In this document: piece by piece, positions 45,494-54,884 of the stretch
Layout: each line of letters starts with the position of its first letter
Numbering within the stretch: position 1 is the stretch's first letter
Assembly (NCBI GenBank): GCA_963719495.1
Contig: CAVRCI010000006.1
Span: 64,001 to 128,000 of the forward strand
Length of the DNA: 64,000 bases
Direction of reading: 5' to 3'
From: an uncultured Verrucomicrobiae bacterium
GTDB taxonomy: Bacteria; Verrucomicrobiota; Verrucomicrobiia; Chthoniobacterales; JAATET01
Notes under the pieces: generated by a model
Told to the model about the DNA's origin: nothing
The model's database searches: none
The model's input: only the letters and a program-made list of their open reading frames with translations
Made by a program: the position numbers and the translations under genes

Positions 45494-47404
45494 ATGACCG
45501 CCCGGCGATGGCTCGGAGTCTGCCTTGGTATCGCCAGCCTCCCGGTCGTGCCCGCGCCCGCGGAATCTCCGCCCACGCTCGCGACCGAGGTCGGATCCTC
45601 GTCTCCCGCGACGCTCACCCTCCCCTTCGACGTCGACGACTCGCAGCTGGCGAATCCATCCGGCTATTTCCCGGCAGAGCCAGCCGCCCATCACGTCATC
45701 ACGCGGGTGACGCTCGAAAACGTCGGCGATCGGGCGATGGAAAACCCCGTTCTCCGGATCGACGGCCGCCCCCACCTCACCCTCATCGATCCGTTCGAAT
45801 ACCTTGGTCTGGGTGACCCGTTTTCTCCGATCACCCTCTACAATGCGTGGACCCGCCAGCGCGTCCACGGCACCACCGACCTCGACGCCAACCGCCACCC
45901 CGTCGAAGTCCTTCGCTCCATTGGGGCCACGTTTTGCGGCGACGATACCCGTTCCCTCGGACGCCTCCTCGCCACCCGGGGCATCGACACGCGATTCGCC
46001 GAAATGAACGGCCACTCGGTCGCGGAATATCGGTTTGGCGACCGATGGACGCTCTTCGACGGCGACCAGAACGCCTTTTATCTCCAGTTGGACAACGCCA
46101 CCCCAGCCTCCGAAGCCGACATTCTGGCCGACCCATTTCTCGTCCTGCGCACCCGCGTTTACGGGCGCCAAGCCAGGTGGTCGGCGGCGACGGCTTGGCA
46201 GAATTCCTCCCGCTTCGAATTCGTCGATCCCGGCGAACAGAAGATCTATCGCGCGAAAGGTGATCCCGCTCCCACCGATTGGACCCTCCTGCCCGGTGAG
46301 CGTCTGGAATTCGATCCGACTCGTTCACCCCAGTCCGTGATCGCCGCCACCGCAAATCTCGCAACGAACGCAACGCTGGTCGGCCGGTCGCGCGTCGCGA
46401 CGTTCACCGTCGACCTGGCAGCCCGTCGCGCCGCCGGAATCGCGATTCGATCGCCTTTGCCGATCCTCGCAATTCGGTCGGATTCCGGCGACCACTCCGT
46501 CGCGGTGCCCGGGGAACCGCCAATTTTCGACGTCGACCTCCCCGAAGGTGTCCGGGCGGTTCTAACCTGCCAGGTCGCGGCCGATTTCATTCCCGCCCTC
46601 CGATCCGGCGACAACCGGCTGACCCTCACCGGCCCCGGTCGGCTGCGCGTCACGTTCGACCTCGATTCCGCGGCGGAGAAGCTCGTCCCGGTGCTCCCAC
46701 CCACGATTCTGGCCGATGCCGTCTTCGAAGACGGAATACCCGGGTTCGCCGTCGAAGGTCCCGCCGACCGGCTTTGGTGGCAGATTTCCGACGACAGCGA
46801 CTTCGAGATCGTCCCGCCCAATTTCGACACTCTGACCGATTTCACGTCCCGGGTGCGGATCACCTCTCCCCTCGACCACACCTTCCTCACGCCCGGCCGG
46901 AAGCACTACTTCCGAGCCAGGATCCGTCGTGACGGCGTCTGGAGCGGATGGAGCCAACCCCTCACGTTCATGGTCACCAAGCCTGCTCAACCCATCATCC
47001 GGGCCGTCCGAATCGTGAACGCCAGGCAGGCTCAGATCGATTACGCCGGTCAGGAGGCTACGATCAGGATCCATGGCTCCGATCGGCTCGACTTCCTGCC
47101 GGAGATCTTCACCGATCGCGAACCGACCCGGATCGAGAACAACCGGATCGTCGAAGACCGGCCCAACGCGAATTTCCTCGGTGAATTCTCCGGGGAGCGC
47201 GGTTTCGCGATCGTGCCCATCCGGCGCTTCTACCGCCTCGTCGCCGAGCGCGATGGTGATCGATCCGTTCCTTCGCTGCTCGCCAAGCTCCCGCCCGCCC
47301 ACAACCTTCCCGCCGCAAAGGTGCTGCAAAACCGCCACGTCAAAGACGAAGGCGCACTGCTCGGCGTCGATCTCGCCACCGAGCAACCAATCTCCGGCTG
47401 GTAA
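45494..47404 (+). CDS. Exported hypothetical protein with transglutaminase-like motif
   Basis: TFCGD...GHSVAEY...WTLFDGD; Fn3-like YFRARIRRDGVWSGWS. Confidence 0.6.
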   Translation: MTARRWLGVCLGIASLPVVPAPAESPPTLATEVGSSSPATLTLPFDVDDSQLANPSGYFPAEPAAHHVITRVTLENVGDRAMENPVLRIDGRPHLTLIDPFEYLGLGDPFSPITLYNAWTRQRVHGTTDLDANRHPVEVLRSIGATFCGDDTRSLGRLLATRGIDTRFAEMNGHSVAEYRFGDRWTLFDGDQNAFYLQLDNATPASEADILADPFLVLRTRVYGRQARWSAATAWQNSSRFEFVDPGEQKIYRAKGDPAPTDWTLLPGERLEFDPTRSPQSVIAATANLATNATLVGRSRVATFTVDLAARRAAGIAIRSPLPILAIRSDSGDHSVAVPGEPPIFDVDLPEGVRAVLTCQVAADFIPALRSGDNRLTLTGPGRLRVTFDLDSAAEKLVPVLPPTILADAVFEDGIPGFAVEGPADRLWWQISDDSDFEIVPPNFDTLTDFTSRVRITSPLDHTFLTPGRKHYFRARIRRDGVWSGWSQPLTFMVTKPAQPIIRAVRIVNARQAQIDYAGQEATIRIHGSDRLDFLPEIFTDREPTRIENNRIVEDRPNANFLGEFSGERGFAIVPIRRFYRLVAERDGDRSVPSLLAKLPPAHNLPAAKVLQNRHVKDEGALLGVDLATEQPISGW

Positions 47405-47641
47405 CCGGCCCGCCTCCGTCTCAGACCGAATTCACGATCTGATAAAGGACGGCGGCAACCCCGCCAAAAACCATAGCCGTCGGCGGAAACCACTCGCCGT
47501 AAACGCTGGCCATTTCGGCCTGGTCGGGCGAGCGGGGCGGGTATTTTATTTCGATCGGTGAGCCGATCAGCTCGATTGGCCGGGGGTAATAGGCTTGAAA
47601 AGCGATCTTCAGGATCGTTGGAGTGGAAAAATCATGCGGTC

Positions 47642-48751
47642 TCAGTGGCTCGAGTCGGCCCGACGCACCGTGCGCCCGCCGATCCCGGTGAAGATGTCCC
47701 AAGCGATCGTGTCGGCCCAACCCGCCAGATCCGCGGCGAGAATCTCCTGATCATTCTGCCGCCCGATCAGCACGACCTCGGAATCGACCTCCGCCGTTTC
47801 CGAAGCCACGACGATCTGATCCATCGTAATGCGTCCCACGACCGGACACCTCTCGCCGTCGACGAGAACCCGCGCTTCGGTATTCGAAGCCCGCCTCGGA
47901 TACCCATCGGCGTATCCGACCGCCACCGTCGCGAGTCGCATCGGCCTCGGCGTGACGAACGTCCGGCCGTAGCTGACCGTCCGGCCCGCCGGGACGTCAC
48001 GAATCAAGCCAACGCGCGATTTCCAAGTCAGCACTGGACGCAGCGATGCCTGGTGAGCCGGCATCGGGGAGCTTCCGTAGAGCATGAGACCCGTCCGCAC
48101 CAAGTCGTAGGCATCGTTGGCGAAACCGAGCACACCGGCGCTGTTCAAAGCGTGCACCCGCGCCGTGGGAAAAACCGACCGAACTCGCCCGACCAACCGC
48201 CGGAAGCCCGCCAGCTCTTCACGAGTGAACTCCGCGTCATCGTCCGACGACGGCAGGTGCGTCGAGAAGCTGTGCACCTCCAGGTTGTCCAACTTGGCGA
48301 CCTCCCCCGAGACGGCCAGCGCGTCCTCGTGCCAGATTCCGATTCGCCCCATTCCCGTGTCGAATTTGAGGTGGACCCGGACTCGCCGACCGTCAGCCGC
48401 TGCCAGGCGGTCGAAATGCCGGGCCTCATCCGCGCAGGAGATCACCGGCACGAAATCCGCCCGCGCCACGTCAGCCCGCTCGTCCGGCAGGCACGGACTC
48501 ATCAGCAGAATGTCGGGATCGATCCCGGCGAGGGCCCGCACTTCGGTCGCTTCGTCGAGGTTGGCGACGGCATACATCGCCACGAGATCCCGAATTGCCG
48601 GCACCACCGCATCCACGCCGTGCCCGTAGGCGTCCGCCTTGACGACCGCCATCAGCGCCGCGCCGGGACCGATCAACGATTGCGCGTGAAGGGCGTTCGC
48701 CCGCAGCGCTCCGACGTCGATCTCGATCCAGGTCCGGGGCGCGCCACTCAT
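47642..48751 (-). CDS. alr: Alanine racemase
   Basis: AVVKADAYGHG, HLKFDTGMGRIG, GYADG, GRITMDQ. Confidence 0.96.
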   Translation of the reverse strand: MSGAPRTWIEIDVGALRANALHAQSLIGPGAALMAVVKADAYGHGVDAVVPAIRDLVAMYAVANLDEATEVRALAGIDPDILLMSPCLPDERADVARADFVPVISCADEARHFDRLAAADGRRVRVHLKFDTGMGRIGIWHEDALAVSGEVAKLDNLEVHSFSTHLPSSDDDAEFTREELAGFRRLVGRVRSVFPTARVHALNSAGVLGFANDAYDLVRTGLMLYGSSPMPAHQASLRPVLTWKSRVGLIRDVPAGRTVSYGRTFVTPRPMRLATVAVGYADGYPRRASNTEARVLVDGERCPVVGRITMDQIVVASETAEVDSEVVLIGRQNDQEILAADLAGWADTIAWDIFTGIGGRTVRRADSSH

Positions 48752-48765
48752 CGCGGTTGACGTTT

Positions 48766-49386
48766 TCACGCCGAAGACGACTCCGCCAGCTTCCGCTGCA
48801 GCGATTTGTCCAGGTTCCCGCGGACGGTGTAATACCAGTCCTCTTCCCCGGCGTGCAGATCGATGCAATCGGTCATTTGCAGCGCCCGAAGCAATCGATG
48901 GAGCTGCCCCACGTTCGGCTCGATCAGCGTGAGCGAAGTCAGCCGGGCCCGCTTGGCCCCGGAGATCGCGCCCAGCAGCTCCCAGGCACGCCGCACCATG
49001 TCGCCTTCCAGTGACAGCACCGCTCCGAGATTTCCCCAAACCGCAAACGTCATTCGCACCGGCAGCAACGCAAAATCAGTCACCAGATGCGGCCCGATGA
49101 TCGAACGGTCGCTCAGTCGGACAAACCGGTGCAGCCAATGATCCACAATTCCCCACACCAGGAGACCCGCCGCCAATCCGCCCGCGGCCGCCGCGATCCA
49201 AACGGGCACGTAGGGCCCTTCGTCACCCCGCACCGCCGTCGTGAGACCGAGCAGAATGAGAACGAAGAAAAAATAAGCCAGGTTCCAGACAACCAGCGCT
49301 CCCAGCAGTGACAGCCCGGCCATCAAAATAGCGTGAAAGTTGTGAACGCGAATCCGACGGCGGAATTCCGCCGGGACCGCGCTCAC
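48766..49386 (-). CDS. Hypothetical membrane protein
   Basis: Two TM segments; coupled to larE by a 4-nt overlap. Confidence 0.65.
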   Translation of the reverse strand: MSAVPAEFRRRIRVHNFHAILMAGLSLLGALVVWNLAYFFFVLILLGLTTAVRGDEGPYVPVWIAAAAGGLAAGLLVWGIVDHWLHRFVRLSDRSIIGPHLVTDFALLPVRMTFAVWGNLGAVLSLEGDMVRRAWELLGAISGAKRARLTSLTLIEPNVGQLHRLLRALQMTDCIDLHAGEEDWYYTVRGNLDKSLQRKLAESSSA

Positions 49387-50171
49387 GCCACCCGCCCCGC
49401 GTAACCCTCCGCGTCCAACTCCACGCTGCCGAACCCGGCGGCTACGAGCCCACTCTCGAGTTCCGCGCGAAGGCCCGCGACCCGTTCCATCTCTCCGGGC
49501 GCAATCTGCAATCGCGCGACGGGCGGTGTTCCGTCGACGTAACGAACGCGGAAAATCCGGAATCCCAGCGCCCTTACGCTTTCCTCACCCCTTTCGATCA
49601 GCCCGAGAGCCTCCCGGGTCACCGGCGTGCCGTGCGGGATCCTCGAACTCAAACACGGCTGCGCGGGCGCGTCCGCCGTGGGCAGATTCATCCGCCGCGA
49701 GAGCGCCCGAACGTCCGCTTTCGTCAGCCCAGCGGCCCGGAGTGGTGCGACGACGGAGAACTCGGCTGCGGCGCGCGAGCCCGGTCGCTGGGCCGCCGGG
49801 TCGTCGGCATTCTCGCCGTAAGCGATTGACCGATAGCCGCGCGAGCGCGCCAGTTCGTCCATTTTCGTGAAAAGCTCCGCCTTGCAGAAGTAGCAGCGAT
49901 TCAGCGGGTTGCTCGAATACTCCACATTGTCCATTTCGTCCGTCCGAACGACCTCGACCGTCGCTCCAAAACCTTTCGCGACCGCCAGAGCCTCCTCGAG
50001 GGAAGCCCGTGGGAGGCTCGGACTGTCCGCAATCACTCCCACCACCTGATCTCCGAGCACGCGAGAAGCCACGGCCAGCAAACAAGCGCTATCGACGCCA
50101 CCGGAATACGCCACCATCAGCGGGGCGTTCCCGCGAATCGTGGTCTCCAGCAATTCGATCTTTTCCCGCAC
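49383..50171 (-). CDS. larE: ATP-dependent sacrificial sulfur transferase LarE family
   Basis: AYSGGVDS, NRCYFCK, RPG..AA.E, PCLSSRIPHG. Confidence 0.9.
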   Translation of the reverse strand: MREKIELLETTIRGNAPLMVAYSGGVDSACLLAVASRVLGDQVVGVIADSPSLPRASLEEALAVAKGFGATVEVVRTDEMDNVEYSSNPLNRCYFCKAELFTKMDELARSRGYRSIAYGENADDPAAQRPGSRAAAEFSVVAPLRAAGLTKADVRALSRRMNLPTADAPAQPCLSSRIPHGTPVTREALGLIERGEESVRALGFRIFRVRYVDGTPPVARLQIAPGEMERVAGLRAELESGLVAAGFGSVELDAEGYAGRVA

Positions 50172-50443
50172 GACCCGCTACATACCGCAATCCCGCCACC
50201 ACCGCCACCTCCCATTCCGGGACCCATGCCTGAACCCAGAAATTGGGCCGCCAAAGTCGCGCAAGCTTCCAGCTTGCGAGAACGCATTCATGCAAGCTGG
50301 AAGCTCGCGTGACCAGACATGCAGCTGGACAGCGGAAACCTGATCACCTTCGTCGAGAGCGCAGTCGAGACCTGGCTATTCGAAAAAATCCTGAGGCGAC
50401 ATGCGCCCGAGTTTTCGCTAATATCCTCCCCGTAACGCGAACC

Positions 50444-50611
50444 ATGAACTCCGCAAAATCCCACTTCGCCCGACTCGCAACCACGCTCACGTTCCTCGGC
50501 GCGGCCCTGCTCCTATCTTCTTGCGCTTGCTCGAAGCAGCCTGAAGTCGTCGGTTACGGATACGATCGCATCGGTGCCGACAGGGTTCTCGTCGGCGGAC
50601 CTCGAAAATAG
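50444..50611 (+). CDS. Small lipoprotein
   Basis: Signal peptide with LSSC lipobox, 55 aa. Confidence 0.5.
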   Translation: MNSAKSHFARLATTLTFLGAALLLSSCACSKQPEVVGYGYDRIGADRVLVGGPRK

Positions 50612-50704
50612 CGATTTTCTGAAGGATTGGGGCAGCGGCGCCTGTTACTTTCCAACCGCGCGGTTCTTGCGTGCTGCGATTTTCCGCCCAAAAACCCATC
50701 GTAA

Positions 50705-50813
50705 CCGGAGGGCGAGGCTCCCGCCGGGCCGTCACTCCGCACCGAGACCGCACGATCTATCGCTCGACGCCGCCGCAAGACAAACACGGCTCGGCAGGAG
50801 CCTCGCCCTCCGG
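50705..50813. repeat. REP-like inverted pair CCGGAGGGCGAGGCTCC.GCCG.GCCG
   Basis: Inverted arms at 50705-50731 and 50787-50813; the right arm recurs at 13833-13858. Confidence 0.75.
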
Positions 50814-51015
50814 GATCGGATCGTCGCGCCGCGGCAACGGATTCGGCGAGACGTCGAGCGGCGCTCACCGACGTGCCGCGACAAATCAACCGGTTGCGGT
50901 CTCCCACCGCCGGATGAATTCCGGTAGGGCCGGTTTTCGGTCGAAGTTGGTTCCAGCGATTGACTGGAAACCGTTCTCAAGTGGTCCACACCCCGACCGA
51001 TCTCCCCGAAAAACG

Positions 51016-51044
51016 AAAAACCCCTCCGCCGAAGCGGAGGGGTT
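51016..51044 (-). terminator. Rho-independent terminator
   Basis: CCCCTCCGC/GCGGAGGGG stem with T-run on the minus strand, downstream of 51075. Confidence 0.8.
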
Positions 51045-51074
51045 CCCGTATTGAGTCTCTAGCTAGCTTCTCGC

Positions 51075-51926
51075 TTAGAAGGAGAAGGTAACCGATCCGC
51101 CGCCCCAGAAGGTGGTGGGCTCGGTGCCGATGAGGTCGTTCCACTGGTAGCTGAACGCACCGTAAGGAGCGACGCTGACGACTTCGCTGAGGGTGATGGG
51201 CATCGCGATGCCGACCTGAGCGTCGTTACCACCGGTGAACGGATTGGGCGAATCGCCGCGCTCCGTCAGGTTGTAGCGGAAGTTGGTGCCGAAGGAAGCC
51301 CAAGGCGTGAGAGCGACGATATCCTGATAGATCGGGATTTCGACGTCGACGCGGCCTTCGAGGTAGCTGGCTGCCTGTTCGACAAAGCCACGCTGACCAG
51401 GCTTTGGTCCAACGTTGAAGAAGTAGTTGACCCCTGGAGTCACCGTGACCGGACCGAGAGCGATGGCGTAAGCCGCTCCGACGCTCAACTCGTGCGAGTA
51501 GAGACCGAAGGTTTCGCTGAGGATGTGGTAGTAGGTGTATCCGAGGCTAACCGCGAGGTCGCCGAAGGTGTGCGTGTAGGCCGCATACCCGTCGAATTCC
51601 TTGTAGCTGGTCTCGGAGATGCCGAAGGCAACCCAGGAACCGAGCGTGAGGAAATCGTTTTCGGAGAGGTTGAACGTGACGCTGAGGTCGGTCCAGTAAA
51701 GGCTGGAACCGTAGTCCTCGAAGCCAGGGAGGACGTTCACACCGCGGAACATGTAAAGGCTGTCCCAACCGGTGCTCAGATCGGCATTCCACCACTGAAC
51801 GGGTTCATCTTCGATGATGACGACTTTCTCTTCCTTGAAGGACTTCATGTCCCCTGCGAAGAGGGCGCTGCCCGAAAGGACGGCGACCGTGCTGAAAACT
51901 GCGGCAAACTTGGTAGCGAGTTTCAT
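51075..51926 (-). CDS. Outer-membrane beta-barrel protein (TIGR02001/TorF-like)
   Basis: Signal peptide, DSLYMFRG, alternating aromatic strands, C-terminal F. Confidence 0.75.
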   Translation of the reverse strand: MKLATKFAAVFSTVAVLSGSALFAGDMKSFKEEKVVIIEDEPVQWWNADLSTGWDSLYMFRGVNVLPGFEDYGSSLYWTDLSVTFNLSENDFLTLGSWVAFGISETSYKEFDGYAAYTHTFGDLAVSLGYTYYHILSETFGLYSHELSVGAAYAIALGPVTVTPGVNYFFNVGPKPGQRGFVEQAASYLEGRVDVEIPIYQDIVALTPWASFGTNFRYNLTERGDSPNPFTGGNDAQVGIAMPITLSEVVSVAPYGAFSYQWNDLIGTEPTTFWGGGSVTFSF

Positions 51927-52152
51927 AGGTTTGTTTTGTTCTTTTGTTTTTGGTTTTAGCGACTCGGTCGGACCTGCGTCTGACTGAGCCAGTCGTGCTG
52001 ATTAGGCAGGATTGCCAGCCCATTCAGCACGGGGCATGCCAATGAAGTAGTGGTCGCTCCGGGGTGCGTCAATCGTTTTAGAAAAAAAATTTGAACAATT
52101 TTGAACGGCCGCTGTCTCCCCCTTCCCGACTCCCGCGTTCGGACCTCCGCAT

Positions 52153-53232
52153 TCAGCTGGAGATCACGCAGACGTCGGCGGCCTGAATCCGACAGAAGAC
52201 GCTTTCGCCTTCGTGGCACTCCAGCCCGTCCTTGCCGTCGTTGGCGACGAGGGCGCCCAACTCGAGGCCGCTTTCGGTCACGACCGTCAGCTCGTCGACC
52301 GCACCCTTGAAGATCTCGACGGAGACCCGGGCCGCAAAGACGTTCGTGCCTTCGGGACGCTCGCGAAAGAGTTGGATTTTTTCCGGCCGAAGGGAAAGCA
52401 GCAGCTCCGTCTCGGAGCCGGGCGCTTGATCCCCGCCAATCTCGATGATCAGACCGCCCTCGGCTTCGCAGCGCACGATGCCCCGCTCGCGAGCCACCAC
52501 GCGGGCACTCACGACGTTGGTCTCGCCGATGAACTCCGCGACGAAGCGCGTGGCGGGTTGGTAATAGATCTCGTCCACGGTGCCGATCTGCTCGACCCGG
52601 CCTTTGTTGATGACGGCGATCCGATCACTCATGGTCAACGCTTCTTCCTGATCGTGCGTGACGAAGATGAACGTGATGCCGAGCGTCCGCTGGAGCTGCT
52701 TGAGCTCGCGCTGCATCTGCCCGCGCAATTTTGCATCGAGCGCCGAGAGCGGTTCGTCGAGCAACAGGACCTTCGGCTCGCACACGATGGCCCGCGCCAG
52801 AGCGACGCGCTGGCGTTGACCGCCGGACATCTGGGCAGGTTTGCGCTGCACGAATTGCTCGAGCGAAACCATTTCGACCACGCGGTCGACGCGCCGCTTG
52901 ATGTCGTCGCGGCTCACGCCCTTCATTCGCAGGCCGAAGGCGATGTTCTCGTAGATCGTGAGGTGCGGGAAAAGCGCGTAGCTCTGGAAGACCTGGTTGA
53001 CGTCCCGCCGGTAGGGCGGCTGCGCGGTGACGTCTTCGCCGCCGATGAGGACCCGGCCGGAAGTCGGGGTGTCGAATCCGCTGATCAACCGCAGGCACGT
53101 CGTCTTCCCGCAACCGGACGGTCCAAGAAACGTCATGAACTCGCCGGCGCGAATGGAAAAATCCACCTCCTGCAGAGCGACGAAATCGCCGAATTTTTTC
53201 CCCACCCCGCGTAGCTCGACCGATCCGCTCAT
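52153..53232 (-). CDS. potA: Spermidine/putrescine ABC transporter ATP-binding protein
   Basis: GPSGCGKTT, PPYRRDVNQVFQSYALFPH, MSGGQRQR, TOBE tail. Confidence 0.88.
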   Translation of the reverse strand: MSGSVELRGVGKKFGDFVALQEVDFSIRAGEFMTFLGPSGCGKTTCLRLISGFDTPTSGRVLIGGEDVTAQPPYRRDVNQVFQSYALFPHLTIYENIAFGLRMKGVSRDDIKRRVDRVVEMVSLEQFVQRKPAQMSGGQRQRVALARAIVCEPKVLLLDEPLSALDAKLRGQMQRELKQLQRTLGITFIFVTHDQEEALTMSDRIAVINKGRVEQIGTVDEIYYQPATRFVAEFIGETNVVSARVVARERGIVRCEAEGGLIIEIGGDQAPGSETELLLSLRPEKIQLFRERPEGTNVFAARVSVEIFKGAVDELTVVTESGLELGALVANDGKDGLECHEGESVFCRIQAADVCVISS

Positions 53233-53332
53233 CGGGGCGAAATCCTAGGACCCGCCGCCCGCCGCTAGCGATCTAAAAACGCACCAAGGCTTTCCATTCG
53301 CACCGGCGGGGATATTCGGCTACTTTTCACCC

Positions 53333-54808
53333 ATGAGCCGTGGTGCCCCCGTCCACCCGATCACCCGACGTTGGCGTCGCATCGTCATCTGGTCGGCGAT
53401 CCTCTTTCTGCTCTCGCCGTTTCTCGCCGTCGCCGCGTTCTACGGGTTCGAAAATTTCTCGGGCCAGCTCGCGTGGAGTCAGGCCCAGAAAAAACTCCGG
53501 AGTCTCGGCGAGCCGCTCACCCCCGCGGACCTCCGCGCCGCCCCCCTGCCGGACGAACGGAACATGGCGGCCGCCCCGATCTTTCGCCAGCTCTTCGCCC
53601 TCGACCCATCGGTGGTCTCCGGCGCGGACCTCGCCGTCCTTCGGCTGCCCGGCGATGCCCCGGGCGCGGGGCCGGACGGCATCGTCGGGCTGGCCCGCCG
53701 CTTCCAGGCGGAATTCTCCGGCACGGCGAGCGAAGCGGCGTCCGTCGTGTCCGACGGACTCGCACCGATGACGGAGACGCTCGCCGCGCTGCGCGAGGCC
53801 GCCGGGCGACCGGATTCCGTCTGGCCGGTGTCGCTGGACCGCGGGCTCAATTTTTCCATGCCCTTCCTTGGACCGCTCACGCGTGCCACCGAAGTGATCG
53901 GAGCCCGCGCGCTGGCGACCGTCCTGGGCAACTCTCCCGACCGCGCACTGTCGGACTTCCTCTTCATGACGGATCTGGCCGCGCGAGCGAACCAACCCTC
54001 GCTCCTCGGCACCTTTCAGCTCCAGCAACTCATCACCCAGCGAGCCGTCGACGTCGTCGAGCAGGGGATCGACGCCGCGATCTGGTCCGAAGCGGACCTG
54101 GCGACGATCCAATCCCGTCTCGCGAGCCTGCACCCGCTCCGGCACTTCGCCGACAGTGTCCGCGGCGAGCGGGTGCTCTTCCTAGCGACGGCCGATCAGC
54201 TCGAGTCGCGCGCCGCCGTCCTGTTCACCTTCGTGGACATGTCGACCCTCGCCTCCGAGTCCCGCACCCGGGGCCTCTCCTACTTCGTCTGGGCGCTGCG
54301 CCCCAGCGGCTGGAAGGCCCGCGACCGCGCGCAATACCTCAATCTCTCCCAGGAATACCTCGACGACGTGATCCGCCACGACACGATCGATCCCTCGGCG
54401 GTCGCCGACTGGAATGCCCGCATCGGCGCGATCCGGCGCGACGATTTCGAGCTCTTCCGCACGCCGCTCACGGTCCTCACGCTTCCGGCCTTCGGTGCCT
54501 CGGCCCGCCGTGCCGCCCACACGCAGTGCCGCGTCGACCAGGCCCGCATCGCCTGCGCGCTCGAACGCTTCCGATTACAAAACGGCTCACTCCCCCGGCG
54601 TCTCGGCGAACTCATCCCGGCTTTCATCGACCGACTTCCCCGCGACGTCATCGGCGGGCGGCACTTCGTCTACGTCCGGGATTCCGACGAATCCTTCAAT
54701 CTCTACAGCGTCGGCTGGAACGGAATCGACAACACCATCAGCCGCGGCGGGATCGACCTCCTCACCAGCCAGCTCGACCGCTCCGACTGGGTCTGGGCCG
54801 CAAGGTAA
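53333..54808 (+). CDS. Membrane-anchored hypothetical protein with pseudopilin-like C-terminus
   Basis: N-terminal TM; IACALERFRLQNGSLP...LYSVGWNG...DWVW. Confidence 0.7.
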   Translation: MSRGAPVHPITRRWRRIVIWSAILFLLSPFLAVAAFYGFENFSGQLAWSQAQKKLRSLGEPLTPADLRAAPLPDERNMAAAPIFRQLFALDPSVVSGADLAVLRLPGDAPGAGPDGIVGLARRFQAEFSGTASEAASVVSDGLAPMTETLAALREAAGRPDSVWPVSLDRGLNFSMPFLGPLTRATEVIGARALATVLGNSPDRALSDFLFMTDLAARANQPSLLGTFQLQQLITQRAVDVVEQGIDAAIWSEADLATIQSRLASLHPLRHFADSVRGERVLFLATADQLESRAAVLFTFVDMSTLASESRTRGLSYFVWALRPSGWKARDRAQYLNLSQEYLDDVIRHDTIDPSAVADWNARIGAIRRDDFELFRTPLTVLTLPAFGASARRAAHTQCRVDQARIACALERFRLQNGSLPRRLGELIPAFIDRLPRDVIGGRHFVYVRDSDESFNLYSVGWNGIDNTISRGGIDLLTSQLDRSDWVWAAR

Positions 54809-54884
54809 CCGACAGGAACTGGTGGCGAAGCATCCCACCATTCACCAATCACCAATCACCAATCACGGGCGCAAGCCCTCACCC

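Noticed and set aside
47421..47640. Possible DUF3592-like gene fragment (IEIKYPPRSPDQA...WFPP + TM)
   Set aside because: No credible start and only weak similarity; too uncertain to list as a feature.
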